From contig JAPXTJ010000002.1 of assembly GCA_033812595.1 (NCBI GenBank), forward strand, positions 1 through 53,945: a stretch of 53,945 bases of DNA, in the 5' to 3' direction. This document shows, one piece after another, positions 42,312 to 51,731 of the stretch. Numbering within the stretch: the stretch's first letter is position 1; the number at the start of each line of letters is the position of its first letter. The position numbers and the translations under genes were made by a program. The notes beneath the pieces were generated by a model. The model ran no database searches and had not been told where the DNA came from. It saw only the letters and a list, made by a program, of their open reading frames with translations. Origin of the DNA: Thermomicrobiales bacterium (GTDB lineage Bacteria > Chloroflexota > Chloroflexia > Thermomicrobiales > UBA6265).

Positions 42312-43559
42312 CTAATCCCCGACTTCTATGGTAGCCGCGTCATCCTTGGTCAGCAGTACGCTGGCGCCGCCGTTGGAATTGACGGTTTCAAGCCGCAGCG
42401 AGAAGGTGTACTCGCCCGGCTCCCAGCCGGTCAGCGGCAGGTACCGCTGCGCCACCGTGGTGACGCCCTGATCGAGAATGAGATTCTCCGCCAGAACGAA
42501 CTCCTCGAGCGGTTCACCATTCTTCTCGACGATCAGGACGAGTCGAGCCGAACGGACCGTTTGGGCGTTATTGATGATTTCGACGCCGACGGCCGCGAAC
42601 TGGATCGGTTCGGCGTTGGGAACGACGAGAATCTCGCCGAACTCAAGCGGAGCGGACTCACCTGAAGGTGCCTCGGGCATCGTGACTGACACGTCCTCGA
42701 ACCCGTTGGTGAAGCCACTCACAACATCAGTCAACTGAAGTGAAACCAAGTATTCACCGGCTGGCAAGGCAGTGCGGAGCGTCTGATACACGTGGGTTTC
42801 GTGCAGACCGTAAACCGTACCCATCACGAACTCTTCGTCCATGACGGTCACGCCATCGAGAGTCTTGATCACCATCTGCCCTTGCATGCGCAGGGAGGTT
42901 TGGCCCGTATTCACGAGGGGGACATAGATTGCGGTACGCCGGCGTTCGTATTCGAGCCTGGGTGTTCCAAGTTCGAACCCCGCCTGAACTTCACCAGGCA
43001 CCACCACGTACACGGCCATAACCTTGCGAACCTTTTGCGTGAAGTTCGCATTGCCTGGCACTTCATACGCATTGACCGTTTCAACGGCAATTGGAATCAC
43101 GTATTCACCGGGCGGCGTGCCCTCCGGTACGTTGATCTCGGCATCGCGCCCGACCTCAATCTGCGGCTCAATGTCGTAATACCGGGTCGGGAAGTCTATC
43201 CACGTGGTTGGCTCGTGTTGTTCAGAACCTTCGGGCGCAAGCTGAAGCCCGCCGTTCAGTTTGGTGCTCACGTCTGACGTAAAGGCAAAGACCGGCAGTA
43301 TTTCCTGACCGAGGTTTCCGATAAAGACCCGAATGGTGGCGCGTTCGCCTGGATCGATCTCAACAATGATCCGTTCACCATCACCCTGGCCGTCTCCACG
43401 GAGCACAAACTGAACTTCTGAACCGGACTGACTCGTCGCTGGCTCTTCTTCGTCGGTTTCATCATCTTGAGCGAATGTGGCAAGAGGAGAGATTGCGCCC
43501 AGTAGCAACGCAAAAGCGACGAGCAGTGGTAGAAAACCACGCGATCCGTTTCGTTCCAT
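42312..43559 (-). CDS. Secreted three-domain Ig-like protein, DUF916/DUF3324-like (WxL-cluster partner-like)
   Basis: Signal MERNGSRGFLPLLVAFALLLGAISPLATFA and an acidic linker. ..IEIDPGERATIRVFIGNLG.. / ..TWIDFP..VPEGTPPGEYVIPIAV.. / ..LVNTGQTSLRMQG..LPAGEYLVSL.. patterns. GGAGGAG SD at the ATG at 43559. Confidence 0.5.
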   Translation of the reverse strand: MERNGSRGFLPLLVAFALLLGAISPLATFAQDDETDEEEPATSQSGSEVQFVLRGDGQGDGERIIVEIDPGERATIRVFIGNLGQEILPVFAFTSDVSTKLNGGLQLAPEGSEQHEPTTWIDFPTRYYDIEPQIEVGRDAEINVPEGTPPGEYVIPIAVETVNAYEVPGNANFTQKVRKVMAVYVVVPGEVQAGFELGTPRLEYERRRTAIYVPLVNTGQTSLRMQGQMVIKTLDGVTVMDEEFVMGTVYGLHETHVYQTLRTALPAGEYLVSLQLTDVVSGFTNGFEDVSVTMPEAPSGESAPLEFGEILVVPNAEPIQFAAVGVEIINNAQTVRSARLVLIVEKNGEPLEEFVLAENLILDQGVTTVAQRYLPLTGWEPGEYTFSLRLETVNSNGGASVLLTKDDAATIEVGD

Positions 43560-43699
43560 TTTAGGCGCTCCTCCACTCGCACGAGCGGAATCCCAAGAAA
43601 AACCAGACACTATTCGGTTGTGCACGAAGGTTGGCTCTGCCAAGCCTTCTTGAGTTAGACGATAACGATGCCATCCAGCATAGTTATCGATGAGGCGAG

Positions 43700-43796
43700 G
43701 GATTCGCCGGCTCGCTTGAGGGTCGCCGGCGAATCCAACTCGTCTCGGTTTGACCAGGGAGCTGATCCGATCCAACGGGTCAGCTCCCCTTTTTTT
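43700..43796 (+). terminator. Two strong hairpins; the second (GGGAGCTGA-N14-TCAGCTCCC + C-T7) is an intrinsic-terminator shape oriented for the plus strand
   Basis: GGATTCGCCGGC/GCCGGCGAATCC at 43700-43736. GGGAGCTGA/TCAGCTCCC at 43757-43788, followed by a T-run at 43790-43796. Both flanking genes are on the minus strand. Confidence 0.45.
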
Positions 43797-43817
43797 CGCT
43801 GGTGCTGACGCTGCTAT

Positions 43818-44507
43818 TTAGTCAGTCGTCAGTTCAACGGTAATGGTGGAGGAGTACGTGTTGCTACCCCACAGGAACGGAAGATCTTCCAGGAAGCCCG
43901 TGTAGCTGGCAACCGTCGTGAACGGCGCCGGGTTGGCATCGAACGAGCCCGGGCCGAAGATGAGGTTCAGCAGGAAGGTGAGCAGGTTCGTGTTCGTGGC
44001 AAGAATTTCCTCGCCGCACGGTCCGCCCGGAGTGGTGGAGTTGTTGCAGGTAAACTGCGCGTCGCTGACGTCCGGCTCCATCACGTCATCGAAGAACAGC
44101 GGATCGTCGACGCCATCGAAGTAGTAGTCAACTCCCTCAGCCTCGAGGCTGAGGTGATCCGCGCCAAAGCGCTGAGTAGTATCCGGCGACGTGAAGCGGG
44201 TGGCCGTCGCGTTCACCTGCCAGGAGCCGAGGTAGCACCCCATGTCCACGGTGACCTTGATCGCGCCTTCTTCAGTTTGGGTGCTGCGATCTTCAACGAT
44301 GTTTTCGATGTCGTCGAAGGTGACGGTTTCGCCGTCGTCATCCGCGGTGATGTTCACCGAGGCGGCAACAGGACACGAAATCAAGACACTGCCCGTAACC
44401 GTGTCTGTGTCTTCCAAGGCGTTGACGGAGGTCGCCAGGCCAGCCATGGTGCCCATCATGAGGGCGGCAACGCCGACGAATGCGATGAGTCGTTTCATGA
44501 GTTTCAT
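43818..44507 (-). CDS. Secreted WxL-like domain protein
   Basis: Signal MKLMKRLIAFVGVAALMMGTMAGLATSVNA. GSWQVNATATRF and a C-terminal YSSTITVELTTD parallel the two WxL motifs. AAGGAG SD at the ATG at 44507. Confidence 0.5.
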   Translation of the reverse strand: MKLMKRLIAFVGVAALMMGTMAGLATSVNALEDTDTVTGSVLISCPVAASVNITADDDGETVTFDDIENIVEDRSTQTEEGAIKVTVDMGCYLGSWQVNATATRFTSPDTTQRFGADHLSLEAEGVDYYFDGVDDPLFFDDVMEPDVSDAQFTCNNSTTPGGPCGEEILATNTNLLTFLLNLIFGPGSFDANPAPFTTVASYTGFLEDLPFLWGSNTYSSTITVELTTD

Positions 44508-44702
44508 GATCGGTTGACTCCTTTTCCCATTTCCCTTTGTTCCCCCTGGAGCGTGGACACGCTGCCCCGCTCCCATGCTTGTCGTGCTATTTCCACCTCC
44601 CTGCCCGGGCCCTGTCCCGGCTCCCCTTCACGCGCTCCTTTTATAGGAACGTCCCTTGCAAGCTTTCGAGCGCGCCCGCGCCCGAAGCGACAGAAAGCAC
44701 AT

Positions 44703-45938
44703 TCATTCGCCTTGCGGCATGACCGCGACCTCCACGGTGACCGCAGTTCGATACGTTCCTCGCGGGAGAAACGATCCGACATTGAGTTCCAGCGAAACCT
44801 CGAACGTACCCGTGTCTGGTCGCGGTTCGGGACTCTCAGGAATCAGGAGCGTGATCACGCCCCCGTCACTCGTCACGGTGACGCCATCAAGGCCAGCCAC
44901 CGCGATGGCAACCAGGTTTTCAGCGGCAAGCTGTTGCTCACCGGCGACAAAATCGGCAAAGTGGAAGGAAATCGACCACCCGCAGGTAGCGGGAGCGGCC
45001 GCGAACGGCACGACCAGCGACCCGGCGGAAATGCGGCTCTCCAGCAGGTTCTCGATCGGGGCAAAGGTGAGCGCTACATCGTGAAGCCGGGGCGCAACCG
45101 GCGCCTGACCCCCAATGTGGATCTCCTCGGTTGCTTCATGAACGCGAGGTGTGGACTCATCTGATGCGTTCGCCACGAGGTCGACATCGAGCGTCGTTCG
45201 CACCGGCGCCAGGCAGCCGAACCGCACCCCGATCAGCAGGTCAGCCGATGTGAATGTCTCCGCGTCGTCCGGTGCGTGCAGTGTCAGCCTTTTCTCGCTG
45301 ACCTCGATCCGCTCGATGAGCGCGGATTCATCCTCACCCGGCAATTCCGCTTCGAGCACACGAACGGTCCACCCGCTATCCCGCGGTTGAACCGAGAACG
45401 CCAGGCTCTCGATATCGCGGGTTTCCCAGGTCACCGAGCACTTGAGCAGGGTCCAGTCACGTTCACCCGCAACCGCGGCTTCATCTTCAACCCGCGGCTC
45501 GCACTCGAGCTCCGGCGCGAACGGAATCACATTTTCAGAGGCTACATTCTCGTCCTCAGCATCTGGCACCGGTGTTCCCGGCTGGTCTTCGGAATCAGCG
45601 TCACCAAGCGCCGCTTCATCCTGGGATGGTGTCTCCTCCGGGGTGGGGACTTCGGTCGTGGGTTCTGTCGGTACCTCGGTCTCCTCGACTGGCGGGGGTT
45701 CAGCAATGGGAGGGTTGGCTTCTGTTGGCGTCGGTTCCGGGAGGGTGGTTTCGATCGGCGCCGAGGGCGTTCCGGCGTCCGGATTCCCAACTTCGTCGGC
45801 CAGCGCGGGCAGTGGAGCCAGGATCATGAGCGCAAGGATCAAAACCAGTCGCCAACCGCGGGATACGCCTCGATCGAACCTCCGGGCCGGGCGACCGTGG
45901 CTGAACGTACTATGTCGATCGTGTGTCCCGCCCCGCAT
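44703..45938 (-). CDS. Secreted Pro/Glu/Thr-rich protein with a C-terminal WxL-like domain; paralogue-like of 43818-44507
   Basis: Signal ..WRLVLILALMILAPLPALA, then a ~90-aa P/E/T-rich linker. CGWSISFHFADF and C-terminal GTYRTAVTVEVAV. GGAGG SD at the ATG at 45938. Confidence 0.5.
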   Translation of the reverse strand: MRGGTHDRHSTFSHGRPARRFDRGVSRGWRLVLILALMILAPLPALADEVGNPDAGTPSAPIETTLPEPTPTEANPPIAEPPPVEETEVPTEPTTEVPTPEETPSQDEAALGDADSEDQPGTPVPDAEDENVASENVIPFAPELECEPRVEDEAAVAGERDWTLLKCSVTWETRDIESLAFSVQPRDSGWTVRVLEAELPGEDESALIERIEVSEKRLTLHAPDDAETFTSADLLIGVRFGCLAPVRTTLDVDLVANASDESTPRVHEATEEIHIGGQAPVAPRLHDVALTFAPIENLLESRISAGSLVVPFAAAPATCGWSISFHFADFVAGEQQLAAENLVAIAVAGLDGVTVTSDGGVITLLIPESPEPRPDTGTFEVSLELNVGSFLPRGTYRTAVTVEVAVMPQGE

Positions 45939-46631
45939 TGGGTTGGCCTCCAAGTGCCCATTCTGGAGTCTGCTGCTCGTCACGATACGCCCGGAAAACA
46001 GCGCTGATGATATGTTACGTATAAGCCAGCCGATGAGGGAAGTCAATCGGTTGCTGCGTCAATCGTCCCGGGTTCTCTGTCGGGATCATACCACAAGCGC
46101 CTAGTCGTCTGGATTGATGAATTGATTGCGCACAACAAGAGCTGTGAATACGTCTCGCTTGGCAATTGCCCGCATACGTACGCCACATTTACGTTGATTC
46201 GTGCCATGCTAGGGCCGGGATATACGCCATACGTCGCCGATGAAGGTCACTTATGGCAATCTATAGTGTACATAAGTCAGACCATCACGGTGCTTTAGTT
46301 ATGCTAACTCCAGGCGAATTCCCTGGTAGACGGGCGAGAATTTCGACGATCGTTTATGGTAACTCTCTCTCATAATTGATAGGACTGTCTGGCCCCAAAC
46401 CCCGACCTCCCGGCTGGTTTTTCCGGGTTGCTTCCTTTGGACGCGTTCATGTGCGTACGATCGCTCGATCGGGATTCAACCGGGGCCTCGGGGTGAGCGG
46501 ACACCACCCGTTGGTTCAGGGACATATGCCAGCCAACCGGTTAGCGATATCGGTATCACCCAATGTTCCCACTCGAGCCACACGCGCTCTAAATGGCGAT
46601 TGCGGCGAATATGTGACCGCACAACACGAAC

Positions 46632-46743
46632 GATACGATCGTACCTCTTCGCATCCGACTAGTCGGGAACGCAGTTGGTGACCGCAGAATCCCTCCGGTT
46701 CGAGATCGTATACGCACGCGACCGGCGGGACTGCGATACGATC
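46632..46743. promoter_or_regulatory. Cluster of GATACGATC-type motifs and palindromes upstream of the amidohydrolase gene
   Basis: GATACGATCGTA (46632-46643, contains palindrome TACGATCGTA). CCGACTAGTCGG (46655-46666). Hairpin GATCGTATACGC...GCGATACGATC (46704-46743). Confidence 0.35.
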
Positions 46744-46784
46744 CCGGCGTCACACATTCCTTCCGTGCCTGGAGACTGACAACC

Positions 46785-47858
46785 ATGTTCATCGTCGACA
46801 CTGATGTTCACGTCAACGACACGCCGGGCGAACTGGCGCCCTACTGCGAGCAACCGTGGCGGGTATCGCTGGAGGAATTGGCGAAGGCAAGCTACCCCTA
46901 CCTGCTCGTGCCTGGTTTCGCGCCGAATTTCCGGCCCGATCCGCCGATTCCGGGTGGACAGGATTTCCGCTCGGTCGATACCGCCGCCGATATGCGCCGC
47001 GGACTCGATGAACTCGGCATCGATATCGGCATCCTCTTTCCTGATCACATGCTGCTCTTCGCCGGGCTTCCGCACATCGAGTACGCGGTCGCGCTCTCCC
47101 GCGCCTACAACCGCTGGCTCGTGGAGCGCTGGCTCGCGGAGAAGAACGATCTCTACGGGGTGCTGCTGGCCTGCCCGCAGGACCCGATTGAAAGCGCGCG
47201 CCAGATCCGGGAGTACGCGAAAAACGATCGCATCGTCGGGGTCTACCTGCCGACCGCCGGCGTCAATCCGCTCTGGGGACACCGCAAGTACGATCCGATT
47301 TTCGAGGCGGCGCAGGAGGTCGATCTGCCGGTGGCGCTGCACAGCGTCACGGTCGTCTCGCCCGCCTTCCCGGCGCAGCTCGATCAATTCGAGAATCACT
47401 TCGCCCGGCAGGTGCTTTCACACTCGTTCGCGATGATGGGAAATCTGACCAGCCTGATGCACACCGGCGTGCCGGCCCGCTACCCGCATCTCCGCGTCGT
47501 CTTCACGGAGGCGGGGATCGCCTGGGTGCCCTACATGGCGTGGCGGATGGACAAGTACCACCAGGAGTACCGCCGGATGGTGCCGTTCCTGGAGAAACGG
47601 CCGAGCGAATACATGCGAGAGCAGATGTGGTTCGCCACCCAACCGATCGAGGAGCCGGATGATCCCGCCCACCTCGTCGATACGATCCGTCACATTGGTG
47701 AGGATCGGGTGGTTTTCGCCAGCGATTGGCCCCACCACGATTTCGATCACCCGCGCGGCATCCTGAAACTGCCGATGGGGAACGAATTGAAGCGGAAGGT
47801 GATGGGCACGAACGCGCTCGCCGCCTTCACGCGCATCCCGGCGCCGGTGGAGGGCTGA
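46785..47858 (+). CDS. Amidohydrolase-2 family (ACMSD-like metal-dependent hydrolase/decarboxylase)
   Basis: N-terminal DTDVHV metal motif and C-terminal VFASDWPHHD motif. Confidence 0.8.
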   Translation: MFIVDTDVHVNDTPGELAPYCEQPWRVSLEELAKASYPYLLVPGFAPNFRPDPPIPGGQDFRSVDTAADMRRGLDELGIDIGILFPDHMLLFAGLPHIEYAVALSRAYNRWLVERWLAEKNDLYGVLLACPQDPIESARQIREYAKNDRIVGVYLPTAGVNPLWGHRKYDPIFEAAQEVDLPVALHSVTVVSPAFPAQLDQFENHFARQVLSHSFAMMGNLTSLMHTGVPARYPHLRVVFTEAGIAWVPYMAWRMDKYHQEYRRMVPFLEKRPSEYMREQMWFATQPIEEPDDPAHLVDTIRHIGEDRVVFASDWPHHDFDHPRGILKLPMGNELKRKVMGTNALAAFTRIPAPVEG

Positions 47859-47860
47859 CG

Positions 47861-48244
47861 ATGGCCGAGCACATCATCGGCACCCTGGCCGATTTCCCGC
47901 CCGGTTCGCACAGGGTGGTCACGGTCGGTCGCGCGGAGATCGGCATCTTCAATATAGAAGGCGAGTTCTACGCCCTGCCGAACATCTGCCCGCACCAGTT
48001 CGGACCGGTTTGCGAGGGGCACGTCACCGGCACACTGTTGAGCGACCGCGATCACGAATGGCGCCACTATTGGGGGCTGCACGGCCGCGTGGTTTCCTGT
48101 CCCTGGCACGGCATCGAATTCGACATCACCACCGGCTGCGCGCTGGTCAACCCCAAACTGAAAATGCGCCAGTACCGGATCGAGGTAGTGGACGGCAGCG
48201 TCTGTCTGACCTTGGGCGCGTCCGTCGGCTCCGATCCCGCCTGA
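47861..48244 (+). CDS. Rieske [2Fe-2S] domain protein
   Basis: CPHQFGP (C-x-H) and CPWHGIEF (C-x-x-H) ligand boxes. The ATG lies 3 nt after the upstream stop. Confidence 0.85.
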   Translation: MAEHIIGTLADFPPGSHRVVTVGRAEIGIFNIEGEFYALPNICPHQFGPVCEGHVTGTLLSDRDHEWRHYWGLHGRVVSCPWHGIEFDITTGCALVNPKLKMRQYRIEVVDGSVCLTLGASVGSDPA

Positions 48245-48358
48245 ACGTTGTCGTCGATCCGGACGCGTCCGCCACATCCCGCCAAACCCGGCATCGGGCG
48301 GTGGGATAGTCTTGCATGACAAGCATTCGCTGACGTTCATGACACCAAGGTGGACGTG

Positions 48359-49750
48359 ATGACCGAACGAAGCGTTACCTACCGCAGTCATTTGCCGGTT
48401 TCGGCGGCCGAGGCGCTCGCCTGGCACGGACGGGAGGGGGCGTTCGAGCGGCTTTCCCCACCTTGGTCGAGGGTTCGGGTGATCGAAGCACGCGGCACGA
48501 TGCATCCGGGCGACAGCAAGCGGGTCAAGATCGCCTTCGGCCCGCTCACCACCGAGTGGCAGATCACGCACGAGGCGCTCCCCGCCGGCATCGGCTTTCT
48601 CGACCGCCAGGTGTCAGGCCCCTTCGCGGCCTGGACCCACGAGCACCGCTTCGAGGACGATCCGGCCGGCGGCAGTTGGCTGGAGGACCGGATCACCTAC
48701 GCCCTGCCCCTCCAGCCGGCCGGGAACATCGCCAAGGGGCGGGTCGAAGCGGAACTCAACCGCACCTTCGCCTACCGTCATCAGGTCACCCGACACGATC
48801 TGGCCGCGCACGCCCGCCACGCCGGCAGCGCGTCGAAGCGGATCGCGATCACCGGCGCCACCGGTCTCGTCGGGAGCCGCCTCGTGCCATTCCTCCGGAT
48901 CGGCGGCCACACGGTTCACCGCATCGTGCGCACGCGAACCGGCGCGTCCGATGAAATCACCTGGGATCCCACCCGCGGCTCCATCGATCACGAAGCGCTC
49001 GAAGGCTTCGATGCCGTCATCCACCTCGCAGGCGCCTCGATCGCCGGTGGTCGCTGGAGCGACGAGCGCAAGCGGGCGATTCTCGAGAGCCGGGTCAAGG
49101 GCACCGCCCTGCTGTCGGATGCGCTCTCCCGGTTGCAGCGCCCGCCCGCCGTGCTCGTTTCGACCTCGGCGGTTGGCTACTACGGCGATCGCGGTGATGA
49201 GGTTCTGACCGAGGCCTCGACATCCGGCGACGGTTTTCTCGCGGAAGTCTGCCGGGAGTGGGAAGCGAACGCGGCGCCGGCCAGCCGGTCCGGCATCCGC
49301 GTTGTTCACCCCCGGTTCGGCGTCGTGCTGGCGGGCGAAGGAGGGCTGTTGGCCCAACTTGCCCGGCCTTTCCGCTTGGGACTGGGCGGCAGAATCGGCG
49401 ATGGCCGGCACTATCTCGCCTGGATCGCGATCGACGATCTGCTCGCCGTGTTGCTCGAAGCGGTGATGAACGAATCACTCGAAGGGCCGGTCAACACCGT
49501 CGCGCCGGTATCGGTCACGAATGCCGCGTTCACGCAATCGCTGGCGGCCACGCTCCACCGGCCGGCGGTCGTGCCGCTGCCGAAGGTCGCCGCCAAGCTC
49601 GCGTTCGGCGAAATGGCCGATGAACTCTTGCTGGTCAGCCAACGCGCCGAACCGGCCCGCCTCCAGGCAACCGGATTCACCTTCAGCTACCCGACGATCG
49701 ACGCGGCCCTTCGTCACGAACTCGATCCCGAACCGCTCCACGCAGGTTGA
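48359..49750 (+). CDS. SRPBCC (START/polyketide-cyclase-like) domain fused to a TIGR01777 (YfcH)-like SDR
   Basis: N-terminal ~150 aa are SRPBCC-like. The remainder aligns by eye along its whole length with 35130-36074 (IAITGATGLVGSRLVPFL.. to ..QRAEPARLQATGFTFSYP). Confidence 0.8.
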   Translation: MTERSVTYRSHLPVSAAEALAWHGREGAFERLSPPWSRVRVIEARGTMHPGDSKRVKIAFGPLTTEWQITHEALPAGIGFLDRQVSGPFAAWTHEHRFEDDPAGGSWLEDRITYALPLQPAGNIAKGRVEAELNRTFAYRHQVTRHDLAAHARHAGSASKRIAITGATGLVGSRLVPFLRIGGHTVHRIVRTRTGASDEITWDPTRGSIDHEALEGFDAVIHLAGASIAGGRWSDERKRAILESRVKGTALLSDALSRLQRPPAVLVSTSAVGYYGDRGDEVLTEASTSGDGFLAEVCREWEANAAPASRSGIRVVHPRFGVVLAGEGGLLAQLARPFRLGLGGRIGDGRHYLAWIAIDDLLAVLLEAVMNESLEGPVNTVAPVSVTNAAFTQSLAATLHRPAVVPLPKVAAKLAFGEMADELLLVSQRAEPARLQATGFTFSYPTIDAALRHELDPEPLHAG

Positions 49751-49801
49751 GGCAATCGAACTCGCCCTCGGTGATCGCGATTCTCGCCGAGATACGTCCG
49801 G

Positions 49802-51562
49802 TCAGCGTGGCACAACCTGACCGCTCGAGGCGCTGGTCCGGAGTTCGACGCCGATATCGGCGACCGTGCCATCCTCGTTCACCGCGATCATCCCGCCCGA
49901 TCCGAATACGCCGGTTCCCACCTCGATCTGGTGTCCACGGTTCCGGAGTTCCGCGACCGTCGCGCCCGGAAACCCATCCTGCAGCTGGAGCGTGTTGCCG
50001 ACCTGATGCGGCACGGTCGACGCCCGCAACGCCGTGGTCACCCAACGTGGCATGCTGATCGCTTCCTGGGCCGATAAGCCGAAATCGATCGCGTGCATCA
50101 GCTGCTGCAATTGCGCCTGCGGTTGCGTATCGACCCCGGTGTTGCCGCCCAGCACGTACGGCCGGCCATCCCGCAACACCAGGTACGGGCACGAGGTGTG
50201 CCGCACCTTCTTGCCCGGCGCGACCACGTTGGGGCTGGCCGGATCGGTGGAGTAGTAGCGCATCCGTTCATTGATGTGAATGCCGGTGTCGCCCATGACG
50301 CGGAAATTGAGCCCGAGGCTGGTGGTGATCGTGGCGGCGCTGCCGTAGCGATCGGTCACCTGGAAGGTGGTGGTGTTGACCGGCGACATCTGGGTCAACG
50401 GCGCGGTCTCGGGCCAGTCCATCGCGCTCGACATATCGATACGGCTCAATTGCTCGGCGGCGTGTTCATCCGAGAGGAGATGATCGAGATCGATTTCGAT
50501 GAAGGCCGGATCGCCGATCAGCGCGTCGCGATCGCCGAACGCGAGTTTGACCGCCTCGACCTGCGCGTGGATCACATCGGCATCGTGGGGTGACATTTCA
50601 ACGTGGTTGATTCCCTTGAGGATGTTCAGGGCGAGCAGCATTGTCACGCCCTGACTGTTGGGGGGATTCTGGTACACGCGCATCGTCGGTCCGTAGGAAA
50701 TCGAGATCGCGACGACGATCTCGGCCTCGAACGACGCGAAATCGTCGAGCGTCAGGTACCCGCCCCACTGCTCCGATTCAGCGACGATCGTTTCGGCGAT
50801 CGGCCCGCGATAGACGTAATCGCGCACACGCTGGAGTCCGGCCCGCCGTCCCCCCGGTTCAGCGAAGACCTGGCCAAGCGTTTCGAGGGTGTTCGCGAAC
50901 GCCGGCATGGTCATCACGTTGCCGGCTGCGGGGAAGAAGCCGTTCGGCGCGTAGACGGCGGCGGTGGGCGGGTGCGCGCGCATTTCGTCGTAGTAGCGAC
51001 TCATATAGGCCGCCATCTCGTTCGTGACCGCAAACCCGTCCCGGCTCAACCGGATCGCCGGCCGCAGCACATCACTAAGATCGAGCCGGCCGTAGCGGAG
51101 AAGCCAGAGCATCCAGCCGTCCCAGGCGCCGGGAACGTTGGCCTGATGCATGCCCCGTTGTCCGGAGCGAGCGGCGTAGTCCTCGAGCGTGATGAGACTG
51201 CCGGCCGGGCCGACGCCATCGAGCGCGGTGACTTCCCCGGTCTCGGCATCGAAGTAGAGTCCCCAAACCCCGCCGCCAAGCGCGTGCGAGAAGTAGGGTT
51301 CCACGACAGAAAGAGCCAGCGCAACCGCCACCGCGGCATCGGCAGCGGTTCCCCCCGCGGAGAGCACTTCGATGCCCGCGTTCGTCGCCGCGACGTGGGA
51401 GGATGCCACCGCCTGAACGCGATCTTCGGTCCCCTGAAGCGCGCGCACGGATTGCGTTCCGGCCAGGGATGCGGCGGTCCCGAACGAACCAGCCAGCAGT
51501 GTTCGGCGGCTAAACGGAGGATTGGGGATGGGTGATCGTGAATTTCCGGGCGTGTTCGCCAT
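49802..51562 (-). CDS. ggt: Gamma-glutamyltransferase-family protein with Tat-type signal
   Basis: FSRRTLLAGSFGTAASLAG signal. Autoprocessing-site context VNTTTFQVTDRYG. Overall GGT architecture. Confidence 0.8.
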   Translation of the reverse strand: MANTPGNSRSPIPNPPFSRRTLLAGSFGTAASLAGTQSVRALQGTEDRVQAVASSHVAATNAGIEVLSAGGTAADAAVAVALALSVVEPYFSHALGGGVWGLYFDAETGEVTALDGVGPAGSLITLEDYAARSGQRGMHQANVPGAWDGWMLWLLRYGRLDLSDVLRPAIRLSRDGFAVTNEMAAYMSRYYDEMRAHPPTAAVYAPNGFFPAAGNVMTMPAFANTLETLGQVFAEPGGRRAGLQRVRDYVYRGPIAETIVAESEQWGGYLTLDDFASFEAEIVVAISISYGPTMRVYQNPPNSQGVTMLLALNILKGINHVEMSPHDADVIHAQVEAVKLAFGDRDALIGDPAFIEIDLDHLLSDEHAAEQLSRIDMSSAMDWPETAPLTQMSPVNTTTFQVTDRYGSAATITTSLGLNFRVMGDTGIHINERMRYYSTDPASPNVVAPGKKVRHTSCPYLVLRDGRPYVLGGNTGVDTQPQAQLQQLMHAIDFGLSAQEAISMPRWVTTALRASTVPHQVGNTLQLQDGFPGATVAELRNRGHQIEVGTGVFGSGGMIAVNEDGTVADIGVELRTSASSGQVVPR

Positions 51563-51731
51563 GCAGATGTCCAACCGGGAACGAAACAGGGTGAGGCTCG
51601 AACAGGTCGATCCCCATCGATCCTGACGACCGAATCACCACGATCGGTGTGAGCAACCTGTGAGATTGCTGGGAGTGGATCGTTTCGTTCACCGGTCCCG
51701 TATCGGCGGCGACATTCGCCCACCGCTCCTC

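Noticed and set aside
46376-46681. 101-codon ORF inside the long non-coding gap.
   Set aside because: It has no SD, a start embedded in an AT-rich stretch, and a Ser/Arg/Gly-rich sequence without motifs. It is treated as non-coding pending BLASTX.
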